64,000 bases of DNA from Paraspadella gotoi (GCA_051294375.1 CM119268.1:12965770-13029769), one strand, 5' to 3'; counted from the first letter of the stretch, positions 41,832 to 54,499 are shown. The notes: generated from the letters alone by a model not told the origin. Translations and numbers: made by a program.

Positions 41832-44800
41832 ATGCTGAGTCCTTTGGCAAACTCTTTCGATCGCGGAGGCGCCGGTGCTTACCGCCCGTTGAACCGTTTG
41901 AGGTAATAACCTTAAAGACACTGACGTTTTGAATATGTAGTATGTTCTACCTCACTTCTTTCTGTAGCAAGTCTCGCGTAGATATCATTCAACGACTTGG
42001 CGAGCTTCGTCACGTTAAGGTCCACGCGGGTTGCGTCAATACCATTGCGTGGAACGCCGCAGGCACCCGGCTTCTATCGGGTTCGGACGACCAGCGCCTG
42101 CTGCTTTGCGATCCGCTAAATCATCAGAGCTTTTCCTTTGTGCGAACGAGGTAAAAAGGTCACTTGATTGATATTATTCGACCAAGACGTGATTTCCCGT
42201 TATTTTATCAGACATCGGGCCAACATTTTCTCGGCCAAGTTTTTGTGCCACAGCAACGACGAGAAGGTGGTTTCCTGCTCCGGGGATGGCGCCATTTACG
42301 TCTCTCATCTCGAAGGCAAGATTTTTCTCTGCTAAAAAAAGAATTGGTTATGTCTTCCCGCTTTCCTCACCCCTGTATATTTCCGACTCGCACAGGAAAC
42401 CATATGGTTTCTACGGAACCCTTCACGTGTCACGGTCGGACTTGTTACGAAGTCGAGACCAGCATCACAGAACCTTTCACTTTTTTCTCCGCCGGGGAGG
42501 ATGGCACTGTGCGGTAGTTATCCTTGCAGCTTTTACTTAAAAAACCAAAACATATCTATCAGTGCATTTTCTTGATCATGGTTCTCATTATTTTACAGAT
42601 GGTACGATCTTCGCACCAAATCTCGTTGCCAGAAATCTCCTTGCACAGAAGACATTCTTATTAGTCTTCCACGTGGCGTGACGACAATGGATCTGCATCC
42701 GACTAAACCTTGGGAGATATCGATCGGTTGCTGCGATGCTAGAGTTAAAGGTAACAAAAAAAATGTCGCAATATTATTTAAATAAAACTGTAAATAATGG
42801 TAAATTGTTAAATGACAAATTGAATTTCCAAAGTTAAAAAATAGCCAATTGTGGCATGCGTTTTACCCTCTTCAGGTTTCGATCGTCGAATGATGAGCAC
42901 TAAAGCATCTGGCGACGGTGTTCCCTGGAGCAAAGGAAAACCAGGAATAATTTACGACTTCATCCCTCCAGGACTTGGGTTGGTTGGATCAAAATTGTAT
43001 TTCTCTTACACGGAAATGACGATAATTTTTAATCACCGCTTTTCTCTTTACAGACGACCCCGTCGCATCACCAGCCTCAAACATTCTGCCGACGGGAACG
43101 AGTTGTTAGTGTCTTATTCTGAAGAAAACGTGTATCTCTACGATCTGAAGAGCAGCGTCCACAGTAAAGAATTCTCCGCTATGCTGGAAAAGGTCCATTG
43201 GGGGAGTTTGGATGTTTTATGTCCATATCAACAGTGGGGTTATATTTTCATCCTTTTTTTTTCCAGGACAAATCTGACAAAAAAGCTGGCCTCTTGAAAA
43301 GTATTTCTCGGCTGCGAAACCTGCGGACGGAAGAATCTCGTTCCCGAGAAAAAAGCGGCGTTGCCGACGGCGAAACCGCATTATCCGCTCTGGAAATAAC
43401 GTCTCCCCCGAGCGCCGAGGATTCCGCCGTCCCGGGCGAGTCTATCGTTGCCCTCAACACCGCCTCCGCTGCTACCGCTACCGACAATGACGAAGCTCAG
43501 TGCGTTCTCAAAAAACGACGATTCAATCAGGCGATTTCTTTCAACAATTCTCCCTCTCTTACTCCGCCTGCACCGGAATCGATTAATCTGACAGAAAATA
43601 ACATCGAAGACGAAAATCTCGAAAACTCCGTCGAAGAAATAGATTCGGGCCAGCTGTGCGACGACCGTCCAGTGACAAAATATTTTCTCGCCATCGGCGA
43701 TGGCCCTGCGCGCGACGATCCCGCACACATTCCGATTCAGCCAAAGGATTCTCCGTCGTGCGAAATAGAGTCGAGTCTTTCTTCGGAACCGTCGGAGCCG
43801 TCTGTCGAATCTTCGGAAATCTCTCCGATGAGAGGACACCTCCAGGGACAGGAAAAAAAAGACGATAACGAATCGTTTATAGAGGGAACGGTAGACATTC
43901 CGCTCGACAATCAAGCCAACGCCTCCACTTCGCCCGAACCGGAGGCCTCTTGCTCCGCTGATACCACTCGTCGGCGTCACAGCGATTCTTCTCTCCCTCC
44001 AATTATCGGATTTCGCGGAGGCGCGGGCGTCTCCTCGTCATCATCACTTCCCTCCACGCAGTCGCTCTTTCGCGCCCCGGCCACCTTGCCGCGTCCGGCG
44101 ACTCGAGGATCGGAGGGTTCCGGCGTCCGTCCTCCTATGAAACGCTTACGTCTTCGGGGCGACTGGTCGGACACGGGGCCAAACGCGCGACCCGAAAGCG
44201 AACGCGGTGGTGGCGAACCGGAAGCAGACAACGCTTTTCAAAACTTTATGCGCCGCATGTCGCACGTGTTCACGCGTTTTTTGGCCGAAGAAGGGAGCGA
44301 GGGCGAGGGGAGTGAAAGGAGAGGAGATGTTGGCTCCTCGGGCGACTTCCTCGAAAACGTCGAATCTGCAGACGTTGAACCAGCCTCGTCAACCGCGACT
44401 GGCGATACGGACCCGGTAGAAAGCGAACAGGAATCCAGTTCGTCTCCTCAACCTCCGCCCTCGGTTCCGGTCGTTCGGCTGACGCTAAAAAATCAGGGCG
44501 TTGATGCTAGTTCCGTTGAGATGGTAGCCAATGAAACAGAGTTAGCTAATCGGCGTCAACTCGTCGAGGAATCTGATTGTGGTGAAGAGACCCCCAGTGC
44601 CGCAACGCCGTATTCTACAGGCGAACCTTCAGCGCTTAATGCAGAGGACGAGTCTTTAGCGGTTTCGATCTCGGAATCTCCTGCCGTTGGTGCTTTACTT
44701 TCAAATTCCGCATCCGCAGCGAAGGCGTCTTGTTTAGTCGTCGATGATGAAGATTCTCTGACTAACAAATCCAAGCGACGGAAACCCAACGAAGAAGACG

Positions 44801-45927
44801 ACGACGAGGAGGAAGGCGATGATCACTCTTCGCCCTCATCGACGCGCCCTTCGTGCACGGCCTCGGCATCTCGGCGTGCTGTTGCCGCCGCTCAACAGAT
44901 TCAGAGGTTTTACCGAAGGAAAAAAAGTCGGGGCGACGAGGACGGAGACGGCGACGACGAAGGGGACGACGACGAGGATCTCGCTAGGAGAAGGGTCAGA
45001 AACCCCGAATTTACAGATTTGGGAGTCAAAATGGTTTATAAAGGTAGGAATTTCTCCCAAAAGGTCTGGAAATTAGGAAATATCGAAAAGAGCGATATTA
45101 TGGCAACGGGAGGATAGCCTGTGATACCCGGGGCGCGGGGTATCTCACCAACTGGCGTAGGGGCTGCGGACCCTCAGTGACCGCCTCCTGTCACTGGCAT
45201 GTTTATACCGGCACCGTCACATTTAAGCCAGAACCGGGATACCCAGGGATTGAACCCGGGACGCACGGATGGAATGAGATGATTTAGCCTGCTCAGCCAT
45301 TGAGACGAGGCTGAGGACGGACAGCAGTGAGGCAGCTTTAAGTCTTGCTGCCACAATATCTTTATTTCAGGACACCGCAATTCGCGCACGATGATCAAAG
45401 AGGCCAACTTTTGGGGCGACGACTATGTCGTTTCGGGCTCCGACTGCGGACGATTATTTTTCTGGCGGAAATCGGACGCCCGATTGGTCAACTTGCTGGA
45501 GGCCGACAAGCACGTCGTCAACTGCGTGCAACCGCACCCAGAATTTCCTATCCTTGCGTCCAGCGGGATCGACTACGACATCAAGATCTGGGCTCCTGTT
45601 AAAACCGAACCCGACTTCGACGAAGCCTGGTAAGAAAAACTTATTTGAAATTGAATGACTATATTTCCTCGTTTTAAATTTGATACGTATAATAATACAC
45701 TTATAACTCGTACTTTTTAAAGCGCGGAGCGAGTGGTAAAACGAAACGAGCTAATGCTGGCGGAAACCCGCAACACGGTGACAATCCCTGCATCCTTCAT
45801 GCTTCGGATGCTTGCCTCGCTCAACCAAATGCGCGGCGGACGTCGGGGTCGTGGACGCTTTGGCGCAGCAAGAAGGACCAGATTTTCGCGTGATACTTCG
45901 TCGACAGATTCTGATTCGGATTGGTGA
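41832..45927 (+). CDS. DCAF6: DDB1- and CUL4-associated factor 6 (WD40 + IQ)
   Basis: [19 protein letters not shown]; [20 protein letters not shown]; IQ motif [13 protein letters not shown]; [14 protein letters not shown]; [27 protein letters not shown]. Confidence 0.94.
45099..45355 (-). mobile_element. Solo LTR (family A variant) in a DCAF6 intron
   Basis: TGTGGCAGC...GTTGCCATA on the minus strand; TSD ATAT; A-box-like TGGCTGAGCAGG and B-box GGGTTCAATCCC. Confidence 0.8.
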
Positions 45928-46786
45928 CTTCTCGAAGAAGACTATTTAAAAAAAATATATAATAAACATTAACAAATTATGAATGTAAGCGTTTGTGAGG
46001 CTAACTTACTTTTTTTCATAGAATAATGTCTTTCACGCTAATGTTTTTCTTTATTATGTTACCTGCTGCTGTTTCTACTTTGCCTTAGTAATGCTTATAA
46101 TTTATTCCGTGTAATAATTTTATTTAATTGCTTTCTACCTGAATTGCTGAAGGAAATCCATAATGATTTTCAAATTAATTATCCTACTTACTAGTCTTGA
46201 TAAGAAAGAATTCAAAATTGTAAATCACTTTAGTGAGTTACTTAACCCCTCAATTGTACAATTTTTTTTTCCGTCTACAGTATCGGTTTTGAAGAACCTG
46301 GAAAAGTCCAGGAGGCTGTAACTTTTTTGTAAATGCTGGAAATCAGCTGAAAATCGAATACGGGTTAGACCTGAGGGTGGTTTATTCCCATAAGAGTTTT
46401 GAGCCACTTTAAAAAAAAAATAGTGAATGGGCATTTTTTTGGACAAAAAAATTAATTTGCATACTGTAAAAAAAATATGGTAGTAAAATACTCTTATATT
46501 CTGGTGATATAACCGGGAGGGGTTGCCTAAACCAGTGGTAAAACAAAATGATCAAATTACAGCTTTGGTTAAAACTCATTTGCATACAGTAGCAATATAT
46601 TTTTTATAATATTGTATTTTCAGTCTTATGATAATTTAAAAAAAATTTATTTCGAATAATAGCTAACTGATACACCAATAACATACAATGAATAAAATAG
46701 AATATTTGTTATTCTTTAATCCAAATTAATTTTCAACAAAACATCAAAATATGCATTTTTTTGAACAAATGTTTTTTAAAAATAGT

Positions 46787-49589
46787 TACCTTATTCAGCC
46801 TGCAGCACCCCGCGGGAAGCCGTAGAGTTAGAGTCGGGGCCGAGAGGCGCAAGGAACGACGAAAGAGACCAACGGATCGCGCACGGCGGGCGGGCGAAGC
46901 AGCGCCGAAAAACAAAATGGGGGGGGGTGGGGGAAGTTAGAATCTGATCTACAGGGACCCACAATGGCGTACTGCGAAGACACAACATCAGGCAACCATC
47001 TCCGACAGCAGCATGCCTCTCCCATCTACCCTTGTGAGCAAAAGACTCACCTCGTTGCATCCCACGGAGTCCTGCAGGCAGAATAGTTACCTTATTCAGC
47101 CTGCAGCACCCCGCGGGAAGCCGTAGAGTTAGAGTCGGGGCCGAGAGACCAGGACGACCTAACCCCTACACAGCCATATAAGGGGACCCCCTAAACAATC
47201 AACCCGTACCTTAAACCACCCAAAACTCAATCCAGACCTGAAAAAGTAGCGGGGACAAACCCTTCGGGAGGTATTATCCTAAAGCGTTTAGATACACCGC
47301 ATAAAATGGAGAAACCACGAGAGAACTATGGTGCGGAGGAGACGGTGTGCCAGATGGAGAGGGAAGGGAAACAGGAAGAGGACAACCAAACCCGGGGTGG
47401 CAAGATGGAGGGGAGAACGGAAGGAAAGAGACGAAAAAAGGGGAGTCAGGTGAGGGACAACCAACCTGGGGTGGCAAGAGGGGATATCAAAAGGAGATGA
47501 AGAGGGGGAGCCAGGAGGGGACAACCAACCTGGGGTGGCAAGAGGGGACGCTGAAAGAAGGAGACGAAGAGAGGGAATCAGGAGGGGGACAACCAACCTG
47601 GGTAGTAAGGGGAGGAAAGAGATGAAAAAGGGGGAAGTCAGGTGGGACAACCAACCTGAGGTGGCAAGAGGGGATGTCGAAAGGAAGAAGATGAAGAGGG
47701 GGAGCCCAGTGGGGGACAACCAACCTGGGGGGAAGAGGGGCGCAAAAAAAAAGAGACAAAGAGGGGGAGACAGGTGGGGGACAACCAACCTGGGGTGGCA
47801 AGAGGGGACGTCGAAAGAAAGGAGACGAAGAGGGGGAGTCAGGAGGGGGATGATCAACCTGGGTGGGGACAGGGAGGAGGGGCCTGGAGGAGGAGGGGGA
47901 AGGAAAGGAGAGCTTTAGATAATTGAGGAGAGCAATCCGCGGGTAGCAGAGAGCTCTCAGAGCAGGGAGCGGGAGGGGAAAGGGATGGGCGAGGGAAGGT
48001 AAAGCGGGAGAGGGAAGAGGTCTACATAAACTGGACAGGAGGGGAAACGACATGCTGAAACAGCAATGCCAAACCAACAGTATCGCCCCATGCATAGTGG
48101 GCTCACCTGATTGACAAAAACCCTGCAAGATCAGCGGCATCCACTTAAGCAAAAGAGCATCCATCTCTGCATAACAGAGAAAATTAACAAAATACATAAC
48201 ACACCTGTAGCATACCGCCACAGGTACAGTATCAAAACCAAAGGGGGTTCGAACTAAGAAAAAACGAAAGAAAAGAAAATATTGCGAAAATCACTTGCGC
48301 GAAGGACAGAGACGAGCAACATGGCCAACCTGACCACATTTGAAGCAGGAAGCGGTATTCAGATCAAATTCCCTTCGCAGGACTAGAGGAGGCCAAAGAA
48401 GGAGGAGCAGGAAGGGCCAGAAGGGGAGCAACACGAGGAGCAACACCCTGCTCGGACCTTGGGCACGGAGGTAAGGGTTTGGCGAAAAACTTCTGCATAC
48501 GGCGAATGATAACAGAACCGGCATCGCCCGAAAGTTCCGAGTAGACGAAAACTGGCGGCCCACCGGCACTCGATGGCAATGAGAACCTCGAGCTGAGAGA
48601 TCATGCTCTTGAAAACAGACTTGACCACCATACCAGAGCGCCTCTTAGAACTGGGGAGGAGGCTGGCGTTCACGGAAGAGTAGAGGCACTGAATAAGGTC
48701 ATAGATCGCGGAATAATCACCAAAATCGCCGCATTTCATTTTCATCTCGCAACATGCGCAGTGCGCGCTTGCGCAGCAAACGCATCTCCGGGGTGGCGAC
48801 CTTAGAAAAGGCCCTGACAAGACAGGAGTCAGGACGCAAAGACTTTGACCGCTCATCGACTCAGCTCCAGAATCCACATCCGTTTCACGACGTCCGAGCT
48901 CGAGACGTCATCCGAGGAATCCACATCGTAGGCTACAACCTTCCTAGACTTGGAGGAGCGGGCTCCAGCGGCAGACGTCGAGGCGCCGGAAGCAGGGGGC
49001 TTGTCCCAACGAGACTTCTTGGAGGACGTTTGACAGCACCGAGAAAGTCGGCGCGGCACACACGGCGAAATAGCCCCTTCACGCGAAGAAGATCCAGACC
49101 CTTGGAGCAGTGACTGACTTCCCGGAATAGAGAGCAGACACCCGCGCAAACTGCTCACGGCCATCGGCGGAGTCGGGGTCGGTAAGGCGGAAGGATTGGA
49201 CGTCGCGATACCCATTGACGACCAGCTTGGCCACCATCTCGGTGGAAAGACCGTAGTGGAAACAGACATATTGAAGCTCCAAGGGCATTCCGCAATTTGA
49301 GCCGTAGGGACAAAACCCCTCCGGAAAAGGGGTCAAAGCGACGTTGACATCAGACGAGGAGAAAGCGACATGATCGCAATAACAATGTCTCGGGATTTAG
49401 ATAATTAAGAAACCTGTAGTAAACTAAGAGAGAGGCAAGCATATAAACGCAAACAGAAAATAAAATAGTAAAGAGTCCGAAAACCGGAGTGGTTGCAACA
49501 ATGTCCACAGCAACAGGCGGCGGACGAAGCGCCCGGTGAGCAAAAGAACTCACCTCGTTGGCATCCACGGAGTCCTGCAGCAGAATAGT
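46787..49589 (-). mobile_element. Non-autonomous split-direct-repeat (Ngaro/PAT-type tyrosine-recombinase class) retroelement with decayed gag
   Basis: Both termini are repeated, joined, at 47035-47146. Frameshifted gag-like ORFs from about 49336 to 48291 end in the CCHC knuckle CFKCGQVGHVARLC. No RT, RNase H or YR was seen. Confidence 0.75.
47360..47880. repeat. Purine-rich minisatellite, about 60-bp unit, about 9 copies
   Basis: Recurrent GGACAACCAACCTGGGGTGGCAAGAGGGG core. Confidence 0.85.
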
Positions 49590-51440
49590 AATTATGCCAA
49601 CCAACTGTCCTCGGTGCACTGATTACAAATATATAATTTTTTTTTTAAATACGACTACTATATTATGAAATATAACCCTTCAAAACCTTAACAAATATAG
49701 AAAAAACACCCTTAATTCAAACTTTAATAAAAACCGTTCCAATGATATTACATCTCTCTTACTTTAATACATATCAAGGAGAACCATCAGGTTTATTGTG
49801 TGAAAGTTATAGATAACTTTGATAAGGAATGACTGCACAGGAAGGTGAAAAATAGATGGATGAACTATATCAGCTTGTAATTGAATAATATACTCTTGCT
49901 TAATAAGGCGGAACAAAGTAAAAACTAAGAGTTCTGTAATATAAATAACGTTAGAGCATCCCTGTGGGATGACGAAATAAAAAAAAAAATTAAAATTTTA
50001 TATATAATAAATAATATAGAAGTATTTAAAGTTATCGTATTACTATAAATCATGAAATTTTTTTTTTCAGAATCAGAATTTTTAAAAGCGGATTCGGGTA
50101 GAGATTGAAAAAATAAATAAAAAATATTACTACAAGATTTTAAAATTTTATTGTTTTATTGCTTAATTTTAACAAAAACTATACAAATTATGGTACGACG
50201 ATGATGATGATGATTTTAAAGAGTTTTTCCATTATTTGACCCACTTATCATCAAAATATTGAAAAACGCATTATACTTTGTGTAGAAAACTTTTTATGGG
50301 CTATCTGAATCGGTTCTTAAATAATAAAATTTTATTTGTTCCGCCTTATTAAGCAAGAGTACATTATTCAATTACAAGCTGATATAGTTCATCTATTTTT
50401 CGCCTTCCTGTGCAGTGTGCAGTCATTCCTTATCGAAGTTATCTATAACTTTCACACAATAAACCTGATGGTTCTCCTTGATATGTATTAAAGTATGAGA
50501 GATGTAATATCAATGGAACGGTTTTTATTAAAGTTTGAATTAAGGGTGTTTTTCTGTATTTTTTAAGGTTTTGAAGGGTTATATTTCATAATATAGTAGT
50601 CGTATTTAAAAAAAAATTATATATTTGTAATCAGTGCACCGAGGACAGTTGGTTGGCATAATTACTATTTTTAAAAAAACATTTGTTCAAAAAATGCATA
50701 TTTTGATATTTTGTTGAAAATTAATTTTGGATTAAAAAATAACAAATATTCTATTTTATTCATTGTATGTTATTGGTGTATCAGTTAGCTATTATTTGAA
50801 ATACATTTTTTTAAAATTATCATAAGACTGAAAATACAATATTATAAAAAAATATATTGCTACTGTATGCAAATGAGTTTAACAAAGCTGTATTTGATCA
50901 TTTTGTTTTACCACTGGTTTAGGCAACCTCTCCCGGTTATATCACCATAATATAAGAGTATTTACTACCATATTTTTTTTTACAGTATGCAAATTAATTT
51001 TTTGTCCAAAAAAATGCCCATTCACTATTTTTTTTTTAAAGTGGCTCAAACTCTTATGGGGAATAAACCACCCTCAGGTCTTACCCGTATTCGATTTTCA
51101 GCTGATTTCCAGCATTTACAAAAAAGTTACAGCCTCCCTTGACTTTTCCAGGTTCTTCAAAACCGATACTGTATATAATTTTCCCTTCCTACTAGGAGGA
51201 TTTGTTCCTTACTCTCTCTACCATGAGTATTTTCCCTTTATTTTTTATAGAAATTTGCTCTTCTGTCTGCACCCACTAGATTTTTTATTGTTTTTTACAA
51301 AATAACAAATTTTTATATGTTTTAGTTTTAATAAACCAGAGGGCGGTCTAAATAAAAGAGCATTTTTAAAATCATAGCAATAAAATTTAGTTTTAAGTAT
51401 ATTCACTGTGGTATAATCCTTTCTTTTCGTTGTGTAATAA

Positions 51441-51624
51441 TTATTAGAAAAGTTTGAAATGAATTTTCAACAACGATTTTATTTTTAATAAAAAACGGAC
51501 ATGTTTCGGCTTAACTACAAGCCTTTTTTAATGCTGATGAAGGCTTGTAGTTAAGCCGAAACATGTCCGTTTTTTATTAAAAATAAAATCGTTGTTGAAA
51601 ATTCATTTCAAACTTTTCTAATAA
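51441..51624 (+). ncRNA. Perfect 85-bp palindrome carrying a minimal hammerhead (51530-51571); Penelope-like remnant
   Basis: CTGATGA-A-GGCTT-gtagtt-AAGCC-GAAAC-AT-GTC with stem I AATG/CGTT. Arms 51441-51525 and 51540-51624. 13-bp direct repeat TAAGTATATTCAC at 51394 and 51622. Confidence 0.75.
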
Positions 51625-51669
51625 GTATATTCACCAAAAGTTTTTATCTTTTCTAAAATAAAAGAATAG

Positions 51670-52348
51670 TGTGGTGGTATATTCATACCGCCTCACGTCC
51701 ACCATCGTTCAGCCAAATCCATTGGCTCAGAGGGGGAACACACCATCCCAGGCGTAGTGTTCCATCCACAGTCATGACGACACCAGTGACTGGAGGCGTC
51801 ACTGAGGGTCAGAAGCCCCCAAAGCCAACAGTGAGATGCCCCATCCCAATGGGCATAACAGGCAACCTGGCTGTTGCCATAAGTGGTGAGCCCTTCTATC
51901 GAACACTTAACCTTCTCAGGGTACGCTACGACAAAACGCCTATGCCGTCTGCGCCGGACTTCGGGTAGCTACGACAAACGCCTATGCCCTGGGGTATGCT
52001 ACGACAAACGCCTATGCCCCCACAACTCGCGCTCCTCTCTCCACTATGGTAACAGTCTTGTCAGACACCTCTCAGGCTTGAGGAACCTGAGTGATGTCTT
52101 GGCCCGGGATCCTGTGGCGGTATATTCATACCGCCTCATGTCCATCATCGTTCAGCCAAATCCATTGGCTCAGAGGGGGAACACACCATCCCAGGCGTAG
52201 TGTTCCATCCACAGTCCTAACGACTTCCCTCTGCGTTGGCAAAGCGAGACCGTCCTCGGGTAACCGCGCCAGTGACTGGAGGCGTCACTGAGGGTCGGAA
52301 GCCCCAAAGCCAACAATGGGCATCACAGGCAACCCGGCTGTTCCCATA
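51670..52348 (+). mobile_element. TRIM (miniature LTR retrotransposon), family A, two LTRs
   Basis: LTRs 51670-51881 and 52113-52348; TSD ATAG; PBS-like TGGTGAGCC 2 nt after the 5' LTR; 231-bp interior with three copies of GCTACGACAAA(A)CGCCTATGCC. Confidence 0.82.
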
Positions 52349-54499
52349 ATAGTCCTATTAAATTTATTTTATGTTGTCATTTTATTTTATTAGAGGGCTT
52401 TACAAAGAAGGAAGCTTTTTGTAAGACAAAAGGACATTCAAAATAAACTATCTGTACCCACTAGATTTCTAAATCTTCACTTGCACCTGCTCTTCAACAA
52501 AATAGTACATTTTTTAAAAATTTTTATTATTTTAAATTTAAAAAAAATTTTTTGATATTTTTTAAAATTTTATTATTCTATTTCTTATTATATGTATTGA
52601 TCAAAGTATTTTAATCATATATAATATATCAAAACAAAAATAATACTTTGATCTATAAAATATTTTTTCAAGTAGAAAAATGTTATTAATGCCGCAGTAA
52701 CACTAACAGTTCAGTTTAAGTCCTTGAAAGTGATATAAATGTATAGGCGCAGCCACTGGTTGTCTAGTCAAAGGCTAACATTTTTTTTGGTTTTATACTT
52801 GTGCGAATAAGAACGATTGTGATTTTGGAATATGCATGTGTTAACAGTGAGCCTATCTTATACAAAAAAAAAAGGCGGGAGTTTGATTACATTTTATTAT
52901 TAATCGTAAGTGGCAGTAATGAAAAAATTGATAACACTTTGTTAATCACATGAAAGAATGAATTGTTAAATGTTTTTTCTGAGAAAAGATTTTTACGATT
53001 GATAATCGAAATTTTAATTATGATGATAGTGACACAACTATTGTAATAAACGTTTACGTTATAACCAAAAACTCCGCACTATTATTATTGATCTGATTAC
53101 AATTACAAGATCCCATTAATATGTCGTAAATTATAGTTTCGAGGAACTGTTGTCTATATAATACAGATTGTTGATAATAAAGCGTTTTATTCTTACCGAT
53201 TAAAATAATAGTTGTTAGCTTTTGTTTTAAACCTGATCTGTGTCTTGAACGTTGGTGCAAGTTATTACTAATATTACTATGTTCGTACCGAATTTTGGTT
53301 TAATATGATTATTATAAAAGTTAACTCTTTCAGTTGAAAAAATTTGAATTAAGTTTTTAGATAGTCATTTTAATTAGCTTTGTTGTGACCTCGGTAAAAA
53401 TGAACAAATGGGAATAAAATAAAAACTCTGTTGACAATGAAAGGTCAAAAAGTGTACGGTAGAACTATATAAGTTGATTATTTAGTGTTTCTTTTCGTAT
53501 AAAGTCACAATCTACAGTAGTGAAAATCACATTTATTTTCTGTTAAGTAACAGCGTGGCCATTGCGGAATTTTTTTTAGGTTTGTCCAATATCAGTTCGG
53601 TTTTATGTACATGTATTAAAAAAGATATTGCTAACAAAAGTAGGAAAGTGCCTTTTGTCTATAGGTTACTACATCAAAATCGGTAACAACGAGATTTCAC
53701 GACTTCCATCAAAAAGTCTCCCCAAATAATTTTGCTGTGTTAATGTTAAAGTTTACGGTTTTCTTGGGAGACAGTAGACAGTAGCACCCAACGCTCCTCA
53801 AAAAGAAAAATTTTAATGAGGAAATTAATGAAGTCGCATATACGCAATAAAAGATTCTGTAATTTGGCTGAAATTGTTTCGTTCCAGCGCTGTACGCAAT
53901 GACACAAAGAATCACAGCAGAAAACAAAAGGAGAAAAAAAACAACTCAAAACCATTTTCTAGTCCGAAATCACTCTGTTAATATTTAAAATTGTCAGTGG
54001 CAAAAGTCTGATTGGTTAAAAGTAGGCAAAGCTTATGGAAGACGAATAAAATATTTATCGACTACAAACTCAGATTTAAAAAATCCTTACAACAAAAGTT
54101 TAAAACGTTCTCCCTTGTCCTTTTTTTCGTCTTCCCTCCCTCCGAAGTGGGATGAAACAAGGAAGCCATCTGAAATTTTCCGGCAATCACGGAGGGAATG
54201 ACGGACCCAATACGTGCCTACGTTGGTAATGCCGCGTGACGAGCGAATTCATGAAAACTCTCGTTTTCAAGACGATCGACAGAAACTGGCGCGATTGTTA
54301 AAAATATTACGAAAAAATGCAATTTAGAATTTAATATATATGCTTTTTTGTGGTATTTATCTGAGCGACGGTTTTGGGAAAGACGGATTGGTCGATTGGT
54401 TTCGGGAGGCTAAGAAACTGCACAACTCGCTTCGATCGAATTTTTCTTATTTCTTTAATTTATCCACTCGTCCCCTTCGCCTCCTCCCCCCTCTTGATT

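Larger units (their letters stand above)
46278..51171. mobile_element. Foldback-like Tc1/mariner non-autonomous element with about 840-bp TIRs
   Basis: TA-CAGTATCGG...CCGATACTG-TA. Left arm 46278-46786 plus 49590-49925 is the reverse complement of about 50330-51171; about 400-bp spacer. Confidence 0.88.

Noticed and set aside
47274-48221. Several 60-244 aa ORFs on both strands
   Set aside because: They are by-products of the purine-rich minisatellite and show no protein motifs.
51915-52020. Three spaced direct repeats resembling a CRISPR array
   Set aside because: Eukaryotic context, very short uneven spacers and no cas genes; these are TRIM internal repeats.
52235-52275. GAGACCGTCCTCGGGTAACC resembling the 5S rRNA C-box or an HDV ribozyme L3 loop
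   Set aside because: The similarity is short, the P1/P2 pairings could not be built, and the segment is missing from the 5' LTR.
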